From: Macrostomum hystrix
Taxonomy: Eukaryota > Animalia > Platyhelminthes
Assembly (NCBI GenBank): GCA_950097015.1
Contig: CATNEN010000038.1
Coordinates: 34,720,001 to 34,784,000 of the forward strand
Length of the DNA stretch: 64,000 nt
Reading direction: 5' to 3'
Numbering within the stretch: the stretch's first letter is position 1; each line of letters begins with the position of its first letter. Shown here in pieces: positions 23,963-35,090 of the stretch. A model generated the notes under the pieces. The model saw nothing but the letters and a program-made list of their open reading frames with translations, was not told the origin of the DNA and ran no database searches. A program made the translations under genes and the position numbers.

Positions 23963-25675
23963 TCAGTCATTATAAGTCGACTCGAACTCAAATCTGATGC
24001 TTGAGATCGGCCAGGATGACTTCACCGGAGGCGGTTTGTTGACGAAGAGCGCCGCTGTCACCTTCCGATTCTTTAATGTGTGGATTGTGGATAAGTGGAT
24101 TTGCCGTGATATTTCGTTATGATTTTTGATAGTCACGAGCAACTCACCGGCTTTGTACCAGGCGTCAAAGTCCTGACGACATTTCCAAGCGTCCACTATG
24201 AAGTACTTCGGGCTTCGCATTCCCTTCACCTTCTGAACCTTCTCAGTGACGGCCACGCCGGGTATACCGTGGCAGCTGCGCACGCTGTCTTCGTGTCGTT
24301 TCAGGTACTCTCCGTTGAAGATTTCCTTGAACTGTACGTCCAAGTTCATGATGGACAGCACAGTGAAGCCTGCATGTGTACAGTGGGGTTGTGGGGCCGT
24401 GTCATGTCCAGTTGCTGGTTACTAAATTGCAGGAGAATTGCACAGTGCGTATTAGACGCTGTTAGGGTCGGTTAACGCGTTTGCCTCTCGCGCCAAGGCC
24501 CTAAGTTCGATTCCGCGGCGAGGCCAAACATTCATTTGGGTTGCAGCCGCGGAGAGAAGGCTTGGGGGCTTATCGTGCAATTGACGCCCTTGATGGCCAA
24601 CTAGCAAGGCACAGTGAGAGTGTACACTGCCTGATGATGAGAAAGTCAGGGCCAATGTACACACCTGTGTGAGCGTGTGCCTGCGTACGGTATTTGTGTG
24701 CGCGTGTGCTCAGCGAAATGGGCAAGCTTGCCTCCACGCTGGCTGCAGGTCTAGTGTCACCAAATGATGCGCAATTGCCTGCAACCCTCCTGCAGTCATT
24801 ATTATTCGAGACTGTCTCACCCTGAGGCAGCGGCACGCTGAGCGGAACGCAGTACATCTCCACCTGTTCAAGAAAGTCGCCAGCCCTGAACACCGGGTCG
24901 CTGTAGAGCCACATTTGGCACTCCGTCGGATTGTCGAAAATCAACACTCCTAGGCCGTGATTTTTAGGCCAGAAGCCTTCAAGGCTTTCGATCTGGATTG
25001 TTTATTGGCAATTATTATCAGTACCACTGCCAAGTTCTAATACCAAAATACTCGTAGTATCAGGTACCCAATTAAGTGTCTGGAGCTGCATTATTTTTCC
25101 TTGTTATTGTCAAGGAATTAATTATTTGGCAGTTTGTCATTGTTACAAACTTTGTGATATTTGATTTGTTTGTTTTGGGTGGTTGCAAATAAATATTCTA
25201 AGTTAACTTTCTGAATCGTGGTAGAAACTATACGTGTGATGCATTGCATGTGATTGCATGCGGATCACCTTCTCGCAGTGTCCAAGCAGTCTGCCGCTGT
25301 ACTGCTTGATGACGCTGGCCTGCCTGATACAGGCGTTGCAGAAGGTCCTGTGTAGACAGCTCTGATAGCTCAGGATCACGGCTAGCTGGGTGGCGCCGGT
25401 TATTGAGCCTGCTCCGCTGATGGCCCCTCCGAGTGAAGACTTTGCCTATAGAAATTAACGGATGGCTTACAATTATTGGATATTTATTCGGACTCGCGAC
25501 TTGCGGTTCGATTCCCGACTACATTGCAGAAAATTGTATCCTGTAACAAGACACTTATAACTTTGCACCGCTTCGGCTCGCTTTCGGTTATAATTAAGGA
25601 TGGGCAGTCCATGGACTGTGCCGCGCAATAGCTGCAGCTATCGTTGAATCATGAGCTCACCTGTCTGCTGGTCAT
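23963..25675 (-). CDS. Tandem DUF1330-like (dimeric alpha/beta-barrel) protein, 4 exons, 256 aa
   Basis: Exons 25675-25661, 25445-25269, 24992-24821, 24369-23963 total 771 nt with consistent phases. Repeat 1: VIKQYSGRLLGHCEK|IESLEGFWPKNHGLGVLIFDNPTECQMWLYS. Repeat 2: VRSCHGIPGVAVTEKVQKVKGMRSPKYFIVDAWKCRQDFDAWYKA. Both follow the DUF1330 pattern (YGG..l...LEG.W....v.eF.s......Wy.S). Family call is by eye. Confidence 0.75.
24468..24806 (+). mobile_element. SINE family A, near full length, antisense in intron 3 of the DUF1330-like gene
   Basis: B box GTTCGATTCC, shared body, (ATT)n tail. Confidence 0.9.
25485..25640 (+). mobile_element. Degenerate SINE family B copy
   Basis: TCGGACTCGCGACTT..GGTTCGATTCCCGACT..CAAGACACTT..CAGTCCATGGACTG collinear with 61528-61842. 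Confidence 0.7.
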
Positions 25676-26378
25676 TGTTTCTGGATGCAGTTGAGTTGTA
25701 GATTTTTATTCGCAATATTTAACAGCTCAGATGGTGCCTTAGTTACGAGTACAATTTTGAGATAGCTATACTTCACACTGAGCACACTGCTCAGCATTTT
25801 TATACAACTGTACAGAACATAACCACCTGCAGGGCAGGTCGTCTCTTCATCCCAATCTGATCTCAACCGTTTTAAAGTCTTACCTCAAATGTGAGCTTTC
25901 TTCTGAGACTGTGTTCAATTGTTGTCAGGCGGACCCCCTGCTCATCTCGCTATTGTCTCACTAATCTGCAGCAGGTGTACGCTGTTTCTGGCAGGTGTAC
26001 AGTTCACCCTTTCTCTCTGTGTTTATCTGTTATCTGCAAGGCATGTATTGGCCGATGCCGACCCGTCTGTGACTCAGTCGGCACGCATCTCCCTCAAACT
26101 TAGCTACTAATAGTAGCTGGGAAGAAAGTGGATCGTGCGAGATTTTGTGAGTTTGGATTCAGGAATCAAGAACAGTTTCACAAACCTCGACCCTTCTGTT
26201 TTGTAAGGTCGAAATATTACAACGTCCTAATTTCGCATCTTGGAATCGCACTGCAGAGATTTGTCCAGACTTGTCGGAAAACGCAAAGCGAAAACTAGGT
26301 TTGCAACGTTGTGACATTTCGATGTGAAATTTCAGCTTTATGAAACCACCCATGAGAAGTAATATCGCAATATCGCAA

Positions 26379-26575
26379 AGTGTACACTGCCTGACGACGA
26401 GAAAGCCAGGGCAGATGTACACCTGTTTGAGTGTGTGCCAGCGTAGGGTATCTGTGAGGCTTTGTGCTCAGGTGTCAGTGAAATGGGCAGAATTGCCTCC
26501 TCGCTGGCTGCGGGTCTAGTGTCACCAAATGTGGTGACATTGCTTGCGGCCCTTCTGCAATTATTAATGATTAAT
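26379..26575 (+). mobile_element. SINE family A, 3' half (plus a fragment at about 26651-26720)
   Basis: Shared body from GTGTACACTGCCTGACG to the tail. Confidence 0.85.
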
Positions 26576-27362
26576 GATTAGTATCGCCCATGGGGTCAAC
26601 GAGCTTAAATTCGCGGTGATTACACAAAAGGTCCAACCACAAAGACACAATGAGAGTGTACACTGCCTGACAATGAGACAGTTAAGTGCACCCGACTGTG
26701 AGTGGTCTTAGTGTCACCAGAAAATGCACCCTAACTAACCCTTCAAAATGTATTGTTTTTATAAGGAAAAACAACTGGTTTCAAACAATCGAAGCTAATA
26801 TTTTTGGTTATAATTGTTATCTTGTGGTGCATTTGTATTTAATCAGAGGTCCATTTGTCAAAGGAAACATGTACCATAACAATTTTGAGTATAGATTTGC
26901 AAAATAAAAAGTTCCTTATTAATATGCAACAAAATAAAACTTGACTCAAAAAGCTTGGGACATTGCGAGTTTCTGAAAGATTAATGAAAGTGTTAAAAGC
27001 ACGCCAATATCTCATGCACTTGCGGTCAGCGAGTTTCAAAGCATTCAGCATGTGAAACTTGTGAATGCAAAAATCTTAAACCTGGATTGAAGCAGTTTAT
27101 TGAGAAAGAACATATATATAGTAGGGAGTCTATTTAGTAGGCTAAAATACTACAGAACTATATTCCTTTGGTACATTCTGCACAGCAAAACCATGCGAAA
27201 TCCCTAGCTAGTAACTACAATCTGATCTTGTCTCTATTCTATAAATTGTGTGAAATGTACTATTAGCAGAGGAAGCAGTTATCAAGCATAAGATTACATG
27301 GCCAATTTTGATAGAGTAGCAAATTTCAGCTTGTGAAGTACTTGTAGAACTTGGTACTTCGC

Positions 27363-29317
27363 TCAGTTGCTGGACACTGAGGGAGGTCGCAGGTTCCATT
27401 CCGGAGGGATCGCCTTGAAGAAAGCGTGCTCCAACGCTGCACTGAGGGTGAGCCGCTCGTCCGGCTCGTACTCCAGCATGCGCAGCATCAGGTCGAACAG
27501 ATCTCTGGTGTCCTGACTCTCATCGCGCATGTAGCGATAAAGCGGCTTGCAATTCTCCCGAACGAAGCGACCCTCGTTGCTGTGATAGTCCCAGTCGAGT
27601 CTTCCGTGCCAGAAATATCCAGCCCTGGAGTTTCGAGTCATTCGGTAGGGCACGTGACCTAGAATGCGCTCCATCATGGCCAGGTGTTCGCGGTTCTCGT
27701 GCGTCTGGAACAGAGTGAAGCCGGTGTACAGCTCGAACAGGATGCAGCCGATAGACCAGACGTCGCAGGGCTGCGACCACCCGAGCTCGAGAATGACCTC
27801 GGGTGCCCGGTAGTGCCTGGTGGAAACCACGGCCGAGTGATGTTCGTGATCAAACGTTGCCGAGCCGAAGTCGATCAACCTGATGTCGGTCCTGTCAAGC
27901 ATTCGCTCGTCTTTCTTCCGCTTAGGATTGAAAAATGTCGAATAGGTTGATCGTAGTAGCAAAATGTTCTCCGGTTTGAGGTCAGTGTGCGTCAGCTGGT
28001 TGGCGTGCAGAAATGCCACCGCATGCACCAGCTGGTAGGCAATGTGGCGCACATGCTCTATTGGATAGGGCGCGAAGTCGTTCTCTTTGAGAAAGTCGAA
28101 CACCGACTTGCCCAGTAGATCAAACACCAGACAGATGTGGCCATAGAACTCAAACCAGCTGAGCAGCTTGATGCACAAGTGCCGACCTGTAGGGTCCTTT
28201 TCGTCTAGCTTCTTTAACACGTTGATCTCGAGTTTGGCTGCCTCTCGATACTTTTCAACATTTTTTATAATCTTGACTGCCACTCGTCTTTGGGCGGCGT
28301 CCTGCATGTCAGCGCATTCCGTCACCTTGCCGAATGTGCCCTCGCCAAGTGTCTTGACTATCCGGTAGCGATTCTTCAACACATCCCCGTATGCGTAGAT
28401 CAGGTGGCCGTCTGAATCGTCTCGATACGGCGATTTCTCTTTGCTCAACAGGCCTCCACCCCGGCGACTTCGACCATTGGCTGCGCTTTGCGAGCTCGAC
28501 TCTTCATTCCCCGCTTCAGCAGACGTCGTCTTATACTGCTGTTGATCGTCCCCACAAGGAAGACTAATTAGCGACTTGGAACTAGAGTTCTTGTCGACTC
28601 CGTTGGTAAGATTATTCACTCGTCGTCGCGTCGAGCCGCCGTGTCGACCCAGCATAGCCGAAGTAGGAGCCTCGTCGCCTTCGCCAAGAGACTTTTTATG
28701 ACGATGCCGGCGAGATGATGTTGACCCCGAAGCCCCGATACCTTGACTCGCGGCGGTAGCTCCCTCCGTCTGACGCTGATGAGCCAAGTCGGAGGAGTCC
28801 GAAATGCTCTTTGTGATGTCTGTCCCTGCGACTCGCAACTCAGCCAGTTTCGAATGCTGTCCATCGGTCGGTGCTGTGGCTGCTGCTGTGTTGACCGAAG
28901 TGTCAACGGAATCGTACACGCTGGGCTCCTTGCCCGCGCGGTCCCGCACCGTGGACGCCTGCTGCTGTGGCGTTGGTTGCGGCACCTCAGTCTTCGTGAT
29001 GATTGGCGGAAGTGGCAAAGTCTGCGCGGTGGAAGATCGACTTCCATTGCGCATTGCGAGCGAAGCAATCTGTTGGCCCAGTCTTTCAAGGTCACCGCGC
29101 AACTGGTCCAGCTGGCTCTTGCGACAGTGCCTCCCCGTGCTGGACGATGAATCTTGTCTTCCGAGCATCAACTGCTGCTCTTGCGCCTCCGAAATCGGAG
29201 CTGGTTCAGGATCTGCATCCTTAAACGTCAGCTGTATGGCGGCCTCAGTCTTTGAGCCTTTGTAGCATCGCGATCTGCGGCACTTGCGCCTTGCACGGTT
29301 GTGCTGCTGCTGCAGTA

Positions 29318-29355
<38 letters not shown>

Positions 29356-29606
29356 ATCTGCTGATGATATTGGGATGTTGCCAACATTGTGTCCTGAATC
29401 ATTGACTGAATTTCCACCGAGCTTCGACTGCTACTGGTGTTGGAGCAAGCGCAACTGCTGTCACTCTTGCAGAGGTAGTTTTGACTGTCGAGCGCGTGCG
29501 AAGTGTCACAATCCGATGCGAACGAGTCCTCGCTCCAACCCCTGAGACAGTTAAGGCAGAGACGGGCAACTAGACGCCAACAGGGCAGGTGGAGCAGCTG
29601 GGTCAT
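27363..29606 (-). CDS. CLK2: Dual-specificity CLK/LAMMER (Doa-like) kinase, single coding exon, 747 aa
   Basis: [41 protein letters not shown] and [11 protein letters not shown]; long poly-Q, Ser/Arg-rich N-terminus. The paralogue number is nominal and the start codon is less certain. Confidence 0.95.
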
Positions 29607-31689
29607 GCACTGCAGCTACAGTGGCAGCTGCATCTGAAATAATGCCACTTCTCTGTTTCACCAGTCAGCTGTTTACTTGCCAGAGGAATCAGAACTTCTG
29701 GACCCCCAATTTATGCAACAATTTCCGCCACCATTCCCCACCCCATGGTTCCTTCCCACTTTTTCCAGACCCAACAACAAGTCGCGGTGCAAAAACTGTT
29801 GGTGAACCCAGCAGCGGCGACCGAATTTGGGGATCCATTCGTGACGGAGGCTGCAGGGGTTGCTCCTTTGCCGAAAGAAAAATGAACCGGAACACAGTTG
29901 GCTGGCTCGGGTCCCGCGGTCTCTCGACCTCCAAAGTTTTCCGACCCCCGCAAAATCCGTCAAAGCTTTGCAACGCATTCTGACCAAACAATTCCAAATC
30001 TGGCTCTGTACAGTCCATCGGGAACTAGTTTTGTGTGGGGTTAAAGCAAAAATAGGTTGTAGCTTTGCCCACTTCCTTCTAAGCTAGCATTCTACTCCTG
30101 ATCTTGCTGAGGTAAGAAGTGAATCATCAGTACGTCCAACGGTTCTTCCATTCCAGGCTTTGAAACCGATGCTGAGGGGCAGAGAAAAACCAAAAGGCTA
30201 GAAAGCAGCTGCACCCAGAAATGTCGCCCTTCCTCTGTAAGCAGTATCTGGACATTATCAGGCCGGACTGTGGGCTACAGACGCTTTATTGACTTGCCTG
30301 GAATCGCAGCCTTTGTGAAATGGATCAAAGGCAAAGATGACGGGTCTGAGAGGTCTGAGAGGTCTGAGAGGCGGTTCAATAGTGCATTTTGTTACCGAAA
30401 TAGCACTTGACTGTCGCTTTATTAGACGGCCGAGACATCGCTGAAATTTTGTTTCGCTTAAATTGGTTATGGGACCAAAACCCAAACTGTACTAACCTTC
30501 AATTGCTTCAGGGACGGTCAACAATAATAATAATCAACAATAGCCGGGTTGACTTTTGAATGTACATGCACACGATGCAAACAATGGCTTCACTTCCCCA
30601 AACCTTGGAAACCTCGCTCATGAGTAAAAGTCTAATTTTGACTTCCATTGATTCGCGTTGTCCAGGGGAGAACAGATAGTTTTTTGTCACGACAAAAGCT
30701 CCGCTATTGATTCAGGTACAGCTGTCAGATATTGTTTAGTTCCGCTGCCAAATGCCTCAGAAACAATGGGCCTCGCTGCATTGAAGCAATTGTTTCATCA
30801 CGTGTTTGGGATCTGAAATTATATACAGCAACAGCACCATCATTATCCGGTGCTGTCTTCAGACAGACAGCATGTAGCACTGAGCCTCGCGAAATCGTAC
30901 AAAGTATACCGTATTTAACTGAAAAGATCGGCGTAGCAATGCATTTCCAACTACGCATATTGCGTAGAATCGTGCACTAAAACTTCACCGAGCTACATTG
31001 TAGGACCGTATGGCTTCCATGTGGCGTCCTCGATACCGGCCGGGAACTGCACAATCTGGCTCCCATTGATTCTGCAGCATTTTCAGCTCCCATCACGCGG
31101 CGAGGCTGGCCGCCAGGCCAAACTGCTTCATCATCAACGCACAGGCGGAGGGGTTGGCAGGCACGGAACGCGTGACGGCTTCAGGCTGTGCGGCAGCTGC
31201 TGCTGCTGCTGAAGGCCCGGGGCGTGGGGATTGGGAGTGCATGGAACTTTGCCTCTCTTCTAACCCCATCCCCGATGCCTTCCGCTTGGATTCTAGAAGC
31301 TGGACGGGAAAGAGAACAGGGTATAGAGAGGCCGATGGCATGCGGAGGAACAGAGTGCCTTCCGTCCTGCTGCGCCACAAACTCTATCCCCCACCACCAC
31401 CAGCAATGTGCGAAGTCGCTGCACTCTCATGATGTCCTGTTGCTGGATGGAACCATTGCTGTTTGCTGTTTTGCTGTTCTGATGCTGCTGCTGCAGCCTC
31501 TTACGACTTTTTTAAATACGAATTTTATTGGAAAAATAGGGAAATATGAAAAAATGCTTTTCAGATTTTTCCAAAGAAAGATACCGTTACAGAATTTGCA
31601 CATAGTTTTTTTAGAAATATTTACTACTTGTACGATGTGTCAAAGACAACCTAAAACTTTCAACATGACCTTCGACCGTTGTTTACACT

Positions 31690-31915
31690 TGTGTCAGACA
31701 GTTTTTGCATGTGTCAGACAGTTTTTGCATGTGTTGGACAGTTTTTGCATGTGTTAGACAGTTTTTTCATGTTTCAGACAGTTTTTGCATGTGTCAGACA
31801 GTTTTTGCATGTGTTGGACAGTTTTTGCATGTGTTAGACATGCTGATACACATGTTAGACAGTTATTTACACATATGTTAGACATGAACAGTTATTTAAA
31901 CACCTGTTAGATAGT
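31690..31915. repeat. 20-bp minisatellite (TGTGTCAGACAGTTTTTGCA)n
   Basis: About 7 clear units plus a degenerate tail. Confidence 0.88.
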
Positions 31916-32042
31916 TGCATATAATTGTTAAACTACCTGACTGTTCAACAAGTCAAGTAAAGGTACACCGTTTTTTAAGAGTGAAAAGCAACCGTTTGCT
32001 TTGATTCTATTTCTTAATTGTCATAAATCTAAGCCGCCAATA

Positions 32043-32352
32043 GGGTGGTCAGTGGCAGAGCGGATAACGCGTTTGCCTCTCGCGCCAGTGTCCCTAAGTT
32101 CGATTCCGCGGCGAGGCCACATTCATTTGGGGCGCAGCCGCGGAGAGAAGGCTTGGGGGCTTGTCGCGCAATTTACGCCCTTGAGGGCCAACCTCCAAGG
32201 CACAGTGAGAGTGTACACTGCCTGACGATGAGAAAGTCAGGGCAGATGTACACACCTGTGTGAGCGTATGTCTGCGTACTGTAGTACTGTATCTGTGTGC
32301 GTGTGTGCTCAGGAGTCAGCGAAATGGGCCTGCTATTATTACTATTATTATT
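32043..32352 (+). mobile_element. SINE family A, intact head, deletion before the tail
   Basis: A box TGGCAGAGCGG, B box GTTCGATTCC, (ATT)n-like tail. Confidence 0.9.
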
Positions 32353-35090
32353 AAGTCACTAATTTGCTTCATAAAAGCCTATGATTATCTGCCGCCAATT
32401 AGCTAGAGATTATGTTATCTCTTATGCTTATGACTTGAAGCAGGTGGTGTGTGCAGGTGGATAAAATATATCTTCTTTAAAGATGTCCTACAACATTTGC
32501 GATTCAATATAAGCCTGAAATGCTTCCTTTTTGGAGCCTAAAACTGCCAAAATCTTCACTAGCACGTCAGATTTGTCGACACTTCCTGTCACCAATCGAT
32601 AATGTGAGCCAATTTCACAGTAGGCAAGAATTAGCATGGCTGTGGTGAGATAGCAATTTTTTTTAAAGTCAAGCTATTAGCACCTGGACTCTGTCAAGCC
32701 AAAATTGTCTCAACATGGGCTCAACTTTTGAAACACCAGGCAGCTTGGACAGTCGAGCCACTGAAGATGAAACTCTGAATGGCCCTCTAATAATCGATTA
32801 TTGAGTTACTAGGAAGATTTAGGTGTCAGGAAATTACTCAATGTGTTTCTACCTGTCCCAGTTCAAGCTATAGAAATATTTGCAGCCAGGTTATTGGGAG
32901 AGGCGATTGCGAATTGGCCGAGCTATGGCCGTGTTCTAGACTGAAGGCTGTTGCATTTTTTCATCCGCCAGATAAGACGACGTGCGAGTGCTGCTCTTGC
33001 ATGCAGGAGTCACGTGGATTGGCAGCTCACCGGCTGCTCTAGCAGCTCTTCTCCTATTCTCTCTCGCTGTCTGGAAGGCGCTGCAGAAACTCGAGGGGGG
33101 ACGGGAGATGATCAAGGAGGGGAGAATTGAGAAGAGATGATGATGGAAGGAAGCAGGGCAGTGGCAGCGCAGCTGTGCAGGAAGGCTTAGTGGCGCAGGA
33201 TGAAGAGGAGGAACAAGCGGGAAGGAAGGAATCCTTGCAGCAGAATCTCCTGCGAGACTGCAGAGCAGGAGTCTTGAGGACGGGAGCAAGAGCAGGGCTT
33301 TCATGGAACTGATAAGTGGAGCAGGCAGCTGCGGAGCAGCTCAGGGAGGTTGCTAGCTTCCTCCCTCTCGGTCAAATCGAGGTAGAGATGAAGGAGGGAT
33401 AGGAAGAAGGCAGGCCATCGTGCTTACGGGGCGAATGTGTGTGTGTGTGTGAGCGAGTGTCGAGTGCTTGTGCGGCTTGTGGGCCTCTCTCTCTCTCTTG
33501 CACGGTTCGCTTGGTCTGGCCGGCCCATGCCGGACCGTCGCAGCAAGAAGGAGGCCTCAGAAATGCGGCGGCGGTAGCGGCAGCAGCAGCAGCAGGAGGG
33601 CAGGCAAAAGCATAGCACTGGACAAATAGCAGGCGAATTGAAAGCACCAAGGTCCTTTTAAAGACAATTTATGGACCCAGCTTAACTAACAAGCTTCTGC
33701 TGAGTAACTCATGTCATGCCATTCACTCTGGCGCTGAAGATTTCCAGCTGCTGGCCTGCAGGTTTAAAGGAAAGCCAAGGCTATGCTATGGAGCAGCAGT
33801 CCTGAAGTGACGACGAGGTCCCATTTCAAACCCGGCCCTGCCCCTAAGCCCCCCGGCCCCGCTCACGCGCTTGTGTGTCAGCGTGTTGGTGAGTAGGCTG
33901 CTTGGACCACCCTCAGCGGGAGGACTGCTTTGTGTGAGTGGTGTGTGGAATGGAGCTCTTGCGTTGAACTGTGAAGGAAAGGAAGCCTGGGGGCCTGGGG
34001 GAGAAGACCTCGGCCAGACCCGTTCTCAGCCCACTCCCTACAGCCATAGCCAACGCCAGCACGGCTGATGTACATGTCACGTCGCTCCCGCCCCCTTTTT
34101 CCCTTTAGCTCGCCTCCTAAACCCCGCCAACCCACCACCCCACACCTTAGTTCTCTCTCTCCGGGTGGGACGGGGGTTGGTGCATCTGAGCAGAGCACGC
34201 GCAATGGAACCTTCACTGGCCCTTCGTTCCTTTCTTCGTTTCAACCAGCCAACCCCCAAGGTCGGATGAGACAGCGCTCACTCGTTGGCGTTAGCGAATG
34301 AAGAGAGAAGAGCCGCCAGGCGGATGGGCCTCTACTGAACAGAACTCCATTATAACCAGCTGGAGGCTCAGCAAATTCCGAGCCGTGTGTGATTGTTCGA
34401 AGGAGTAAGACATTTTCGCTCACCCTCGCCTGGCCTCATTTTTCGGAATTCTTTCTTCAGAAATCGCCTGATCAGAGTTGAGTTCAGATCAGCGACTTTT
34501 GCTCTATACCAGCTCTGCAAGAACAACCTGCTGGACCAACTGCTTCAGTGGTAAGTCTGGAATTGCTTGCAATTTCACTTCCGTGGAATTCTCCTGATCC
34601 CAATTGCTTACCAGTCAGGAAAGATAAGGTTACTCAGTGAAGAACGAACTCGAAGCACACCAACCAACAGCAGCTCACGTCCTTCCCCGCTCAAAGCCGT
34701 GCCCAGGAGGTTTCTCCTTCACTGCTCACCCGCTAGCCAGCCAGACAAGCCACCCTCTCTCTGCTGCTCGCTCCCGCTTTGCTGGTGAGCTCAGGCAGCT
34801 GACAAAAATCAATAAAACACGAAGAAGGAAGGTAAAGGGAGGACGTAGCGAAAAAAAGGATCATGCTAAACCCCCCGGGCCGCCTCTGAAGATCTCTACC
34901 TCTTTACTCCTTCTTTCTCCAACAAGCAGTTAGTGGACTCAGGGACTGATTGACTCGTGTTGGATCGTTTGGACACAGCACATCAAAGCGCTGTGTAGCT
35001 AGTCACTCCGGGTATATATGGATCCTGAGTTGGTGACAACTAGACTATAACCGCCTCATTTCCTTGCCACTCCAGTTACCCAGCTCAGTC

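Noticed and set aside
26168-26352. Possible MITE ending TTTATGAAACCACCC
   Set aside because: Left end only weakly complementary; no TSD or second copy seen.
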